Assembly (NCBI GenBank): GCA_022780025.1
Contig: JALEXS010000031.1
Coordinates: 2,003-66,002 of the forward strand
DNA: 64,000 nucleotides
Direction: 5' to 3'
Origin: Mollicutes bacterium
GTDB taxonomy: Bacteria; Bacillota_I; Bacilli_A; RFN20; CAG-826
Position 1 is the first letter of the stretch; each line of letters opens with the position of its first letter. The notes below the pieces were generated by a model, which was not told where the DNA came from, ran no database searches, and was given only the letters and a program-made list of their open reading frames with translations. Of this stretch, positions 8,334 through 17,184 are shown one piece after another. The position numbers and the translations under genes were made by a program.

Positions 8334-10724
8334 TTATTTCTTATCGTTTTTAAGATTAATAGCAAAATTAGCAAGTCTTGCTACTGATGTTTTTAATGCG
8401 TCCTTATCAAGTTTATTATTATTTAAAGCATCGTATAAATCATTATAAATATTTTTACCACCAATCATAATGATATCATTACCAGCATTTATTACTTCAT
8501 AACCTATTGCTTGATCAGGTGCAACATCATTCCAATCAGTCATAATAATACCTTTAAAAGCTAAATCATTTCTTAAATATCCATCTAATAAATTCTTATT
8601 AGAATTTGTATAAATTCCATTAAGTTTATTATATGAAGTCATAATAGCTTTACTAGATCCATTTAAAATAGCAATTTTAAAACCTCTTAAATAGATTTCA
8701 TGAAGTGCTCTTTCACTAACATTACTAGTTGTTTTCATACGATTATTCTCTTGATTATTGCAACAGAAATGTTTAAAACATACAGTTTTATTAGAATTAT
8801 TACTACTTACACCATTACTTAAACTACTTGCCATTAATCCACTAATAAGAGGATCTTCACTATAATATTCGAAAGTTCTTCCACATAAAGGATTTTTAAT
8901 AATATTCATACCTGGAGCTAACCATATATCAATATTATATTTAATCATTTCATTTTTAACGTGTTCTCCTATTTTATAAATTAAAGGAAGATCAAAACTT
9001 TGGGCTTGCATTAATGCACTTGGAAAAGCTGTAGTATATAATTTTCTTCTCTTTTTAAGTGAAAAACTCATTATTTTATTAACAATTGCATAAAATAATT
9101 TTGATTCTATAAATTCTTTAGGTAAAACACTAACACCTTTATTCATACCATTTCTATAATGATAATATTCTTTAGCGAGTCTTAATCCAGCAGGACCATC
9201 AGCCATATATATAATAGGTATATTATATTTATTATAAGTAGTAGGATATTCACCAACAACTCCTGCACTTGAATATGTTTTAAAAGCAATTCTTCCTACT
9301 ACCATCTTACATAAATCTAAATCATTAATGTTATTAACAATATCTAAATTAATATCTTCTTTTTCTATTTCTTTATTAATTTTATTAAATGAATTAATTT
9401 CAATAATATCTAATGAATCATTAAATTTTTCATGAATTAAAGGTTTAATTTCATCAAATTCAATGGGTTTATCATTAATAATTGTATGTTTATCTAAAAT
9501 AATATCTTCTTTAATATATAAATTCTTAATAGGAGTTAAATTATCACTAGAATTACCAATACAAATTTCATAATATCCTTTATCAATTACAAAAGAATGA
9601 ATATCTTCATGATAAGAAGCTAAATTTTCTAAATTAATATTTAAAATTAATTCCTCTTCTTCATTGATATCTAATAATTTAGTCTTTTTAAAGCCAATTA
9701 AAGATTGAAATTCTTTATTATCAAAATTAATTGGTCTTGAATAAACTTGAATTACTTCTTTACCTTTATAATTTCCAATATTTTTAACATTAGATTTAAT
9801 AATTATTTCATTATTTTCAATATATAAATCGTTATTTATATTAAATTTTGTATAAGATAAACCATAGCCAAAAGGGAACATTGGTTTTATACCAAATGAA
9901 TCGTAATATCTATATCCTACATAAATTCCATCTTTATATTCTTCTATAGAATCATTACCATCTAAATAAGAATAATATTTAAAATTATTTAAATCTTCTA
10001 AGTGCTTAGGCCAAGAAAGAGTTAATTTACCACTAAAATTAGATTCACCTAATAATAATTCAGCTAAAGCATCTCCACCACTTTGTCCTGCTTGTCCATA
10101 AAGAACTACAGATTTTATATTGTATTTATCGATAAAATTAGTATCAATAGGAGCTCCGGCATTAATAATAACTATTACATTTTTATAATGTTCAGTAACA
10201 AATTTAAGATTATGTTCTTCAATATCAGTAAGATAATAATCTCCTTTAGTGTTTTTACGATCAAATCCTTCCCCTGCTTGTCTAGATATAACATAAATAC
10301 AAGTATCACTAATCGTTTTATTATAATCTTCGATAGTTAATTCTCTATCAATTGCATAATGTTCAGGAAATTTAGCAAAAATACTAAACATTACTTCATA
10401 ATTAAAAGGATTAACACCACGAGTGCTTTTTCTCATTAATTTTTTACGTTTTTTAATTTCGTTATTTAATTTATTAGCACATTCATCTAAATAATATTCG
10501 CTATTAATAATAAAGCCATGATTTTTAAGTCCTTCTTCGATAGATACACTATGAAATACATTTACTTCTCCAGAACCTGTTCCACCTTTAATAGTAAATC
10601 TTGCTCCACTACCAAATAAAGCAATATTAGTTTTATCCTTAATTGGTAATAAATTATCTTCATTCTTTAAAAGAACCATTCCTTCTATAGCAACTATTTT
10701 TGCTAAATTATCATTATTATTCAT
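8334..10724 (-). CDS. Glycoside hydrolase family 3 (beta-glucosidase/BglX-like) with reversed domain order
   Basis: The N-terminal half looks like the GH3 alpha/beta-sandwich plus Fn3-like region (VLLKNEDNLLPI..., VIVIINAGAPID, GESNFSGKLTLSWP, FPFGYGLSYTKF). The C-terminal half looks like the GH3 barrel (KHFCCNNQENNR, AIMTSYNKLNG, FKGIIMTDW carrying the nucleophile Asp). No signal peptide. Confidence 0.85.
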   Translation of the reverse strand: MNNNDNLAKIVAIEGMVLLKNEDNLLPIKDKTNIALFGSGARFTIKGGTGSGEVNVFHSVSIEEGLKNHGFIINSEYYLDECANKLNNEIKKRKKLMRKSTRGVNPFNYEVMFSIFAKFPEHYAIDRELTIEDYNKTISDTCIYVISRQAGEGFDRKNTKGDYYLTDIEEHNLKFVTEHYKNVIVIINAGAPIDTNFIDKYNIKSVVLYGQAGQSGGDALAELLLGESNFSGKLTLSWPKHLEDLNNFKYYSYLDGNDSIEEYKDGIYVGYRYYDSFGIKPMFPFGYGLSYTKFNINNDLYIENNEIIIKSNVKNIGNYKGKEVIQVYSRPINFDNKEFQSLIGFKKTKLLDINEEEELILNINLENLASYHEDIHSFVIDKGYYEICIGNSSDNLTPIKNLYIKEDIILDKHTIINDKPIEFDEIKPLIHEKFNDSLDIIEINSFNKINKEIEKEDINLDIVNNINDLDLCKMVVGRIAFKTYSSAGVVGEYPTTYNKYNIPIIYMADGPAGLRLAKEYYHYRNGMNKGVSVLPKEFIESKLFYAIVNKIMSFSLKKRRKLYTTAFPSALMQAQSFDLPLIYKIGEHVKNEMIKYNIDIWLAPGMNIIKNPLCGRTFEYYSEDPLISGLMASSLSNGVSSNNSNKTVCFKHFCCNNQENNRMKTTSNVSERALHEIYLRGFKIAILNGSSKAIMTSYNKLNGIYTNSNKNLLDGYLRNDLAFKGIIMTDWNDVAPDQAIGYEVINAGNDIIMIGGKNIYNDLYDALNNNKLDKDALKTSVARLANFAINLKNDKK

Positions 10725-10854
10725 ATATTAATTTTAAACAACTTCCTTATTATTACTTTATAAATTACTTATTTTAATACATATATCATTTCAAATTCCC
10801 GCTAATTTATTATAAAACCCTGCAGAAATCAACTATTTTTATAAATTTTATAAG

Positions 10855-11484
10855 TTATTCTGTTTCATCTTTAATAAAATTAGTAAAGACTCTTTGCTCT
10901 TTAATAGGTAAACCATATTCCTTTTTTCCTAAAGCAATTGACTTCATAAGAAAAACCATATTACGTGCTAGATATCGCATAGTTAATAATCCTTCTTCAT
11001 CATTAATAGCTTCACCTACTTTTCTACCATGAACACTATTCCAGTAAATGCTAGAAACAACAGGCATATTAGAAATAGTAAAATATTTATTTAACTCATC
11101 AAATGTTGCACTACATCCACCACGTCTAGCAACAACAACACTTGCTCCTACTTTCATTGATTTATCAAAATGTGAACTATAGAAAAGTCTATCTAATAAA
11201 GAAATAAGAGTACCATTAGCTGAAGCATAATAAACTGGACTAGCAATAATTAATCCGTCAGCTTCTTTAAATTTAATAGATAATTCATTAACAATATCAT
11301 CTACAACACATTTATCATGTGTATGACAATAATTACAAGCTAAACATCCTCTAATAGTTAAATTACCAACTTGAATATTTTCGAATTCAACACCTTCTTC
11401 AACAAAAACTTTTTCAATTTCTTTTAAAGCTAAAGTAGTATTCCCATTTATTCTAGGACTTCCATTCAATATTAAAACTTTCAT
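10855..11484 (-). CDS. Flavodoxin-like NAD(P)H-dependent FMN reductase / iron-sulfur flavoprotein family
   Basis: MKVLILNGSPRINGNTTLAL... is a flavodoxin-fold N-terminus. It is followed by the Cys cluster CLACNYCHTHDKC, typical of Isf-like flavoproteins. Confidence 0.65.
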   Translation of the reverse strand: MKVLILNGSPRINGNTTLALKEIEKVFVEEGVEFENIQVGNLTIRGCLACNYCHTHDKCVVDDIVNELSIKFKEADGLIIASPVYYASANGTLISLLDRLFYSSHFDKSMKVGASVVVARRGGCSATFDELNKYFTISNMPVVSSIYWNSVHGRKVGEAINDEEGLLTMRYLARNMVFLMKSIALGKKEYGLPIKEQRVFTNFIKDETE

Positions 11485-11537
11485 AATTTACCCCTTATAG
11501 ATAAATTATAAATTATTTATCACTAAATCTATATAAA

Positions 11538-12395
11538 TTAATCAACAATTTTATCATTAAAAACTTTAATTGCTTTAGCAACATCTTTTTCCATTGCTTC
11601 TTTAGCAGCAAAAGCTATTTCATGATAAAAAGTTAAATCTTCATTCTCTCTTATTAATTTGATAGCAGCATAGAGTCCTTCTCTAGCACTATATGAATAA
11701 TAGTTTATTTTTCTAACACCACATTCAATTGCTTTAACATAATCTTCTTTAGAAACACCACTTCCACCATGCATAACTATTGGAAGATTAGTAAGTTCTT
11801 TAATTTTAATAATTCTATCAAAATCAAGTTTAGGTTTTACTTTATAAATTCCATGAGCAGTTCCAAATGAGCACGCTAAAGCATCAATTTTAGTATCTTC
11901 TACAAATTTTTTAGCTAATTCTGGATCAGTATATAAATCCTCTTGCTTTCTTATTTTTTTAGAATCTAAAGATTCTCTACCACCTAAAACACCAATTTCA
12001 GCTTCAACACTTGCACCATATTTTTTGGCCATCTCAACACATTTTTTAGTATTATTCATATTAATATCATAAGGTAATAAAGAACCGTCATACATTACTG
12101 AAGTAAATCCAAGTTTTAATGCTTTTTCAATATATTCTAAATGTTCACCATGATCTAAATGAACACATACTGGAACTTTACTATTTTTTGCTACTAATAC
12201 CATAATTGGGCCAATTAATGATAAAGGTGCAATTGGTTCATGAAGTTCTGCATGCATTATTATTACTGGAACATTCTTTTTTTCAGCTGCATCTATTACA
12301 GCCCATAAATTTTCTAAAGTAGGAGTATTAAAAGATCCGACTGCACAATTATGTTCTTCTGCATACTTTAATACTTCATTCATTGTTACTAACAT
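11538..12395 (-). CDS. Class II ketose-bisphosphate aldolase family (FBA_II; tagatose/fructose-bisphosphate aldolase-like)
   Basis: EHNCAVGSFN, VPVCVHLDHG, SVMYDGS, FGTAHG and MHGGSG blocks match the class II aldolase TIM barrel. Length 285 aa. Confidence 0.85.
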   Translation of the reverse strand: MLVTMNEVLKYAEEHNCAVGSFNTPTLENLWAVIDAAEKKNVPVIIMHAELHEPIAPLSLIGPIMVLVAKNSKVPVCVHLDHGEHLEYIEKALKLGFTSVMYDGSLLPYDINMNNTKKCVEMAKKYGASVEAEIGVLGGRESLDSKKIRKQEDLYTDPELAKKFVEDTKIDALACSFGTAHGIYKVKPKLDFDRIIKIKELTNLPIVMHGGSGVSKEDYVKAIECGVRKINYYSYSAREGLYAAIKLIRENEDLTFYHEIAFAAKEAMEKDVAKAIKVFNDKIVD

Positions 12396-12396
12396 T

Positions 12397-13395
12397 TTAA
12401 TTCTCCTTTGTTAATGTTATATATTTATCTAAGTTTTCTATCATTTCAACTTTGATTTCAAATGTTTTAGTATCATTTGGTTTTATAAATTTAAGAGTGT
12501 TATTTTCTCTAGCATATTTTCTTCCATCAGGATAATTTGTTCCAGGTTCTAAACCTAATACATAATCTCTAATACCCATCATTTTCCACTCAGTAAATGA
12601 ATTCAAATTCTCCTTCTTATAAGAAATTTTCACGCCAAAGTCCAGTTTTTTATTAAAAACTGCTGCAAATGGATTATCGTTCATTTCGTAATAATAACAT
12701 CTTTCAATATAGTTTTTAGTAGGTTTTAATAATGTATTTGCTTTTTCTAATTCACTACTTGCAAGTTCATTTCTACCCCTAATGTTTTTATAATTTATAT
12801 GGAGTAATAAGTCTTCATCTAATAATGGATATCCTAAATTCATATGATATAAAACCATAAGAGGAACTTCACTATCTCCATTATTTTTAATTTCATCAAC
12901 GATTGTAAATGAATTATCTTTTAAGGATAAAGTAATTTTTCTATTTAAACTTAACTTATAAGAAAATATGTTTTCATCTAAAGTTAAAGTTTTAATAATT
13001 ATCTTATCATCAAGTATTTCATAACTACTATTTTCAGTTGGAGTATTAGAAATATTACCATGTAATCCTAATTCAACTCCATTATCAATAGAAGGTGAAC
13101 CAAAAGTAGTTAATCCACAAGTTGTTAAAAATCCAGCAGTAAATGATGATAAAAATCCATTATCTTTTTTATCATAATAACTACTATTAACATATCCACA
13201 AGGAGATAAATAATTTAAGTTATATCCTTTATAAGATAAATTAGAAATATCACCATTTCTATTTAATGAAATATCCATCTCTAATCCTAATCCATTTTTA
13301 GCATGATAAAATTTCATACCTTGAGCTTTAGATTCTAATAATTCATATTTTTGAACACCAAATAATTGATAATTATATCCAATATATTCATTCAT
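12397..13395 (-). CDS. Galactose-mutarotase-like (aldose 1-epimerase superfamily, DUF4432-type) protein
   Basis: 332 aa. FLTTCGLTTFGSP...GLHGNISNTP and the C-terminal GLEPGTN resemble the mutarotase-like fold as I recall it. Sits between the kinase and aldolase genes with 1-nt gaps. Confidence 0.5.
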   Translation of the reverse strand: MNEYIGYNYQLFGVQKYELLESKAQGMKFYHAKNGLGLEMDISLNRNGDISNLSYKGYNLNYLSPCGYVNSSYYDKKDNGFLSSFTAGFLTTCGLTTFGSPSIDNGVELGLHGNISNTPTENSSYEILDDKIIIKTLTLDENIFSYKLSLNRKITLSLKDNSFTIVDEIKNNGDSEVPLMVLYHMNLGYPLLDEDLLLHINYKNIRGRNELASSELEKANTLLKPTKNYIERCYYYEMNDNPFAAVFNKKLDFGVKISYKKENLNSFTEWKMMGIRDYVLGLEPGTNYPDGRKYARENNTLKFIKPNDTKTFEIKVEMIENLDKYITLTKEN

Positions 13396-13396
13396 A

Positions 13397-14854
13397 TTAA
13401 AAACTCTCCAATTTTATCTTTTTATTATTAATCTTTTTATATAATTTAAATAATTTCATATATTCTTTATGAGCTAATTTATCTGGATAATACGTTTTAC
13501 CAAATTTAACTAATTTTTTTATACCATCATCAATATTATTAAATTCTCCAATAGTAGTACCAACTATAATTGCACTACCTACAGTTCCTGCATTATGATT
13601 TAAAATTTTAGTAATAGGAATATTTAAAATATTTGTTTTAATTTGCAACCAATTTTCATTTTTACTTCCACCACCATTAGCATAAATATGATTAATTTTA
13701 ATACCACATTCCTTTAATATTTCAATATTAAGTAACATTTCATATGCAACACCTTCTAATATTCCTTGATAAATGTCTTTTAAAGTTGAAGATATATTTA
13801 ATCCATAAATATTACCTAAACTATATGAATTCATATAAGGGGTACCACTACCTAAAAAATGTGGACTAATTAATAATTTAGAAGGCATTTTTGTATTTAT
13901 TTCCTTATCAAATTTTGTCAATGGATTCTCTATATTGATACATAAATTATTAATAAACCATTCAATTAAGGCACCACCTGAAAATATCAAAGGATAAGAA
14001 ATATAAGCATTAGCAAAACTATAAGGAATAATACCAAATCCACCTTTATACATCTTATTATTAGTAGGTGTTTCTTTAAATAAAGGTATAAAACATTCAC
14101 ATGTTCCACATCCATCAATAGCGTCATTAAACTTAGTTAATCCACTACCAATAGCAACGCTAAATTGATCATGACTTACACTAATTATTTTAATATCCTT
14201 GCTAAAACCGAATATTTTTTTAATATTTCCTGCTATTGTTCCAGATTTTACAGGTATAGAAAATTTATTTTTATCTAAATTAAAAGCATCAAATAATTCA
14301 TCACTCCACTCTAATTTATTAATATCAAAAAGCATTGTTCTACTGGCTAAAGAGTAATCAATTTGTCTTATTCCAGTTAATTTATAAACGATAAAATCTT
14401 CAATTAACAATATTTTATTAATATTATTATATACATCACTATAATTATTTTTTATATATAATAACTTAGGTAATGAATACATTTCATGTGTCAATAAACC
14501 CGTTATTTTGCCAACACGTTCTTCTCCTATTTTTTTATTAATTTCATTAACTTCATCTTTACCTCTAACATCATTATATAAAATAGAAGGTAATAAAATA
14601 TTATCTTCTTTATCCAACAAAACAAAAGTTTCACCAAAACTAGTAACACCAATATACCCTAGATTATCATTATATTTTATTGCTTCATTTATAACTTTAA
14701 TAACTGCATCAAAAATAATATTTGCATCTATTTCATCATTAAATGCGGTCCTTTTAGAATTATATTTTTCGTAAAAAGTAATTAATTCATTAGTACCATC
14801 AAACAAAGTAATCTTTGTTCCCGTAGTTCCAATGTCTAATCCAGCATAAATCAT
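13397..14854 (-). CDS. FGGY-family carbohydrate kinase (xylulokinase/fuculokinase-like; substrate unknown)
   Basis: N-terminal MIYAGLDIGTTGTKITLFD is a sugar-kinase phosphate-1 motif. Also has GGGSKNENWLQIKTNILNIPI near the C-terminus. Length 485 aa. Lacks the DLGASSGR-type N-terminus of RhaB. Confidence 0.85.
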   Translation of the reverse strand: MIYAGLDIGTTGTKITLFDGTNELITFYEKYNSKRTAFNDEIDANIIFDAVIKVINEAIKYNDNLGYIGVTSFGETFVLLDKEDNILLPSILYNDVRGKDEVNEINKKIGEERVGKITGLLTHEMYSLPKLLYIKNNYSDVYNNINKILLIEDFIVYKLTGIRQIDYSLASRTMLFDINKLEWSDELFDAFNLDKNKFSIPVKSGTIAGNIKKIFGFSKDIKIISVSHDQFSVAIGSGLTKFNDAIDGCGTCECFIPLFKETPTNNKMYKGGFGIIPYSFANAYISYPLIFSGGALIEWFINNLCINIENPLTKFDKEINTKMPSKLLISPHFLGSGTPYMNSYSLGNIYGLNISSTLKDIYQGILEGVAYEMLLNIEILKECGIKINHIYANGGGSKNENWLQIKTNILNIPITKILNHNAGTVGSAIIVGTTIGEFNNIDDGIKKLVKFGKTYYPDKLAHKEYMKLFKLYKKINNKKIKLESF

Positions 14855-14856
14855 AA

Positions 14857-16260
14857 TTATTTATCGATATCTATTACTTCATAATGTAAATATGTTTTAA
14901 AAGCTTCATCTAATATATCTTTCATATTTCCAACACCGACAGTTGTATGATGTTTAAAACCATTACGAGCTAATTTAATTAATTTATTTTGTAAATCAGG
15001 AATTAAAGCTACTCCACCACAACCAAAGAACTCCTTTTCTATATTATCTTTAGTAAATTCGCCTAATGATTCATAAATATATAATTTGCCATCTTCAGTC
15101 TTACAATTAGAGAAAGTGAATTTAAAATCTTTAATTCTACCTTCATTACTTCCCCAACCAGAACCTGGATCAGTTTTAGCAAACATCTTATGTTCAGTAA
15201 CCATACCTTTCCCAGTCATTAAAGTTTGAGCAACAGGTCCACAATGGAATAAAATAACTTTATTTTCATCATCACCATAATTATTATTCCAATCTAAACA
15301 AGCTGTAGGTAATCCACTAGCTAAATTCATAGCTCTCATAGTAATTGCACTACATAAATCTATTTCACAACTTGCAACAATTCCACGATCATTTAATTCA
15401 CTTAATAATACACAAGGGCAAACTCTTAAAATAGTTTCAAGTTCATTCCAACATCTTAAAGTAATTGCATCTAAATGATAAGTTTCAATATATTCATCGA
15501 TTACAACGGATATTTTTGCTAAAGTTAATAAATTTTTATTAGGAACTAAACTACAATTTGTATAATTTTTAAGTCTTTCAGCTTTAGCTAAAACTAATTC
15601 ATTATCGTCTTCTAATTTTTCAACTTTGAAAATTAATTCACTTAAATCAAAAGATTCAACATTAATTCCATATCTTTGAAGAGTTACTTCATCAAATCTA
15701 ACTGTCTTAAATGCAGTAGTTCTAGCACCAATACAACCTAAATTAAATCTTCTCATTCCTTTAACTACTCGGCAAATAGCAGCAAATTCATCAAGATTTT
15801 CTTTAAATTTAGGACTTAATGGATCAACTACATGTGGTTTTAATACTGTAAAAGGAATTTTATATTGAGAAAATACATCAGTTACACTAAATTTACCACA
15901 AAATGCATCACGTCTATGTTTAAAATCCATCTTTCCCATTTCATCTGGATAAGCTTGCATTAAAATTGGAACATTGGCATCTTGTAAAGCAGTTGCAGCT
16001 CCATTTTCATCAATAAAAATAGGCATACATAAAATTACGCCATCATATTCACCTTCGTGAGATTTAAGCCAATCATGATACAATAAACCTTCATCTCTAG
16101 TTTCAACTGCTCCATATCTAGTAGCATTTTCATCCATAATAATATAGTCATATCCTGCTTCTTTAACTACTTTTTGCATGTCTTCACGAGCACCTTTAAT
16201 TAATTCAGCAGGCATAAAACCTCTATTACCAAAAAATAAAGCAAATGTTGTCTTTTTCAT
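14857..16260 (-). CDS. L-fucose/L-arabinose isomerase-family sugar isomerase (short, about 470-aa type)
   Basis: 467 aa. MKKTTFALFFGNRGFMPAELI... and the overall layout resemble the FucI-related isomerase family. GAGG RBS. Substrate not inferable. Confidence 0.65.
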   Translation of the reverse strand: MKKTTFALFFGNRGFMPAELIKGAREDMQKVVKEAGYDYIIMDENATRYGAVETRDEGLLYHDWLKSHEGEYDGVILCMPIFIDENGAATALQDANVPILMQAYPDEMGKMDFKHRRDAFCGKFSVTDVFSQYKIPFTVLKPHVVDPLSPKFKENLDEFAAICRVVKGMRRFNLGCIGARTTAFKTVRFDEVTLQRYGINVESFDLSELIFKVEKLEDDNELVLAKAERLKNYTNCSLVPNKNLLTLAKISVVIDEYIETYHLDAITLRCWNELETILRVCPCVLLSELNDRGIVASCEIDLCSAITMRAMNLASGLPTACLDWNNNYGDDENKVILFHCGPVAQTLMTGKGMVTEHKMFAKTDPGSGWGSNEGRIKDFKFTFSNCKTEDGKLYIYESLGEFTKDNIEKEFFGCGGVALIPDLQNKLIKLARNGFKHHTTVGVGNMKDILDEAFKTYLHYEVIDIDK

Positions 16261-16344
16261 ATTTTTACCTCTATATAAATTATAAAAATAATTTAATAGT
16301 GGTTAAATGTATATAAATACGAAATATAGTAAATTCGTACGGAT

Positions 16345-17184
16345 TTATTTAGAATATTTTTCCTTATATTTACTAGGTGTTAAGTATGTAAACTTTTTAA
16401 AAACTTTAGTGAAATAATTATAATCTTCTATACCTACTAAATTAGCAACATCTACTATTTTATATTTAGAATCTAATAATAATTTTTTAGCTAAATCTAT
16501 ACGATAATAAGTAATATATTTTGCTATCGGCATATTTAGATAAATTTTTGCATCTTCATATAATTTAGTTCTTCCACAACAAAAATACTTACAAATATTA
16601 TCAATATTAATATCTTTTTGAATATTATCATGAATAAAAACTTCTAATTTTTCTTTAAAATCATTTTTATTTAAATAAATATAATTCTCTAACATTAAAT
16701 AATTAGTTAAAGCTTCTAATATCTTAGCAGCACTTTTAAATTCATCATCTTTTTTATATTTAATATTATAAATTAATGATTTATATTTACTTAAATCATC
16801 ATTTGTATAACTTAATACATCTTTCATTTTCTCATAACGAGCTTTTTTATCTTTAATATCTGAACATTGTCCAATCATTACATAACCCAAAATAACACCA
16901 TTACTTTTTAAAACAGCTGTTGCTTCAATTAAAGAAGCATGACACTTAGATATCGCAATTGAATTATTCTTTTTACATTCTAAAAATGAATTTTTATTCG
17001 ATTCTATGCACTTATTTTTAAGTCCTAATTTATTTTGAATAACACTACATATCTTAGAATCCCCTAAAGGATAAGAACAAAGTTCATTAGAATCGTTATC
17101 AAAAATAACGATTCTCATATGAGTTAAATCATAAAAACTTTTTAAATAATCTAATAATTTATCTTTATCAAAAGTTAATTCCAT
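16345..17184 (-). CDS. PocR-sensor / AraC-family HTH transcriptional regulator
   Basis: The N-terminus is PocR-like (LKSFYDLTHMRIVIFDNDSNELCSYP...CSVIQ...C). The C-terminus is an AraC HTH (AKYITYYRIDLAKKLL...VANLVGIEDYNYFTKVFKKFTYLTPSKYK). Overlaps the upstream GH78-like gene by 10 nt. Confidence 0.8.
   Translation of the reverse strand: MELTFDKDKLLDYLKSFYDLTHMRIVIFDNDSNELCSYPLGDSKICSVIQNKLGLKNKCIESNKNSFLECKKNNSIAISKCHASLIEATAVLKSNGVILGYVMIGQCSDIKDKKARYEKMKDVLSYTNDDLSKYKSLIYNIKYKKDDEFKSAAKILEALTNYLMLENYIYLNKNDFKEKLEVFIHDNIQKDINIDNICKYFCCGRTKLYEDAKIYLNMPIAKYITYYRIDLAKKLLLDSKYKIVDVANLVGIEDYNYFTKVFKKFTYLTPSKYKEKYSK

Noticed and set aside
16318-16339. Short inverted repeat tacgaa-N10-ttcgta between the PocR-AraC gene and the isomerase gene
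   Set aside because: The arms are only 6 bp and the DNA is AT-rich, so this is within chance expectation. I cannot tell an operator or terminator from noise here.
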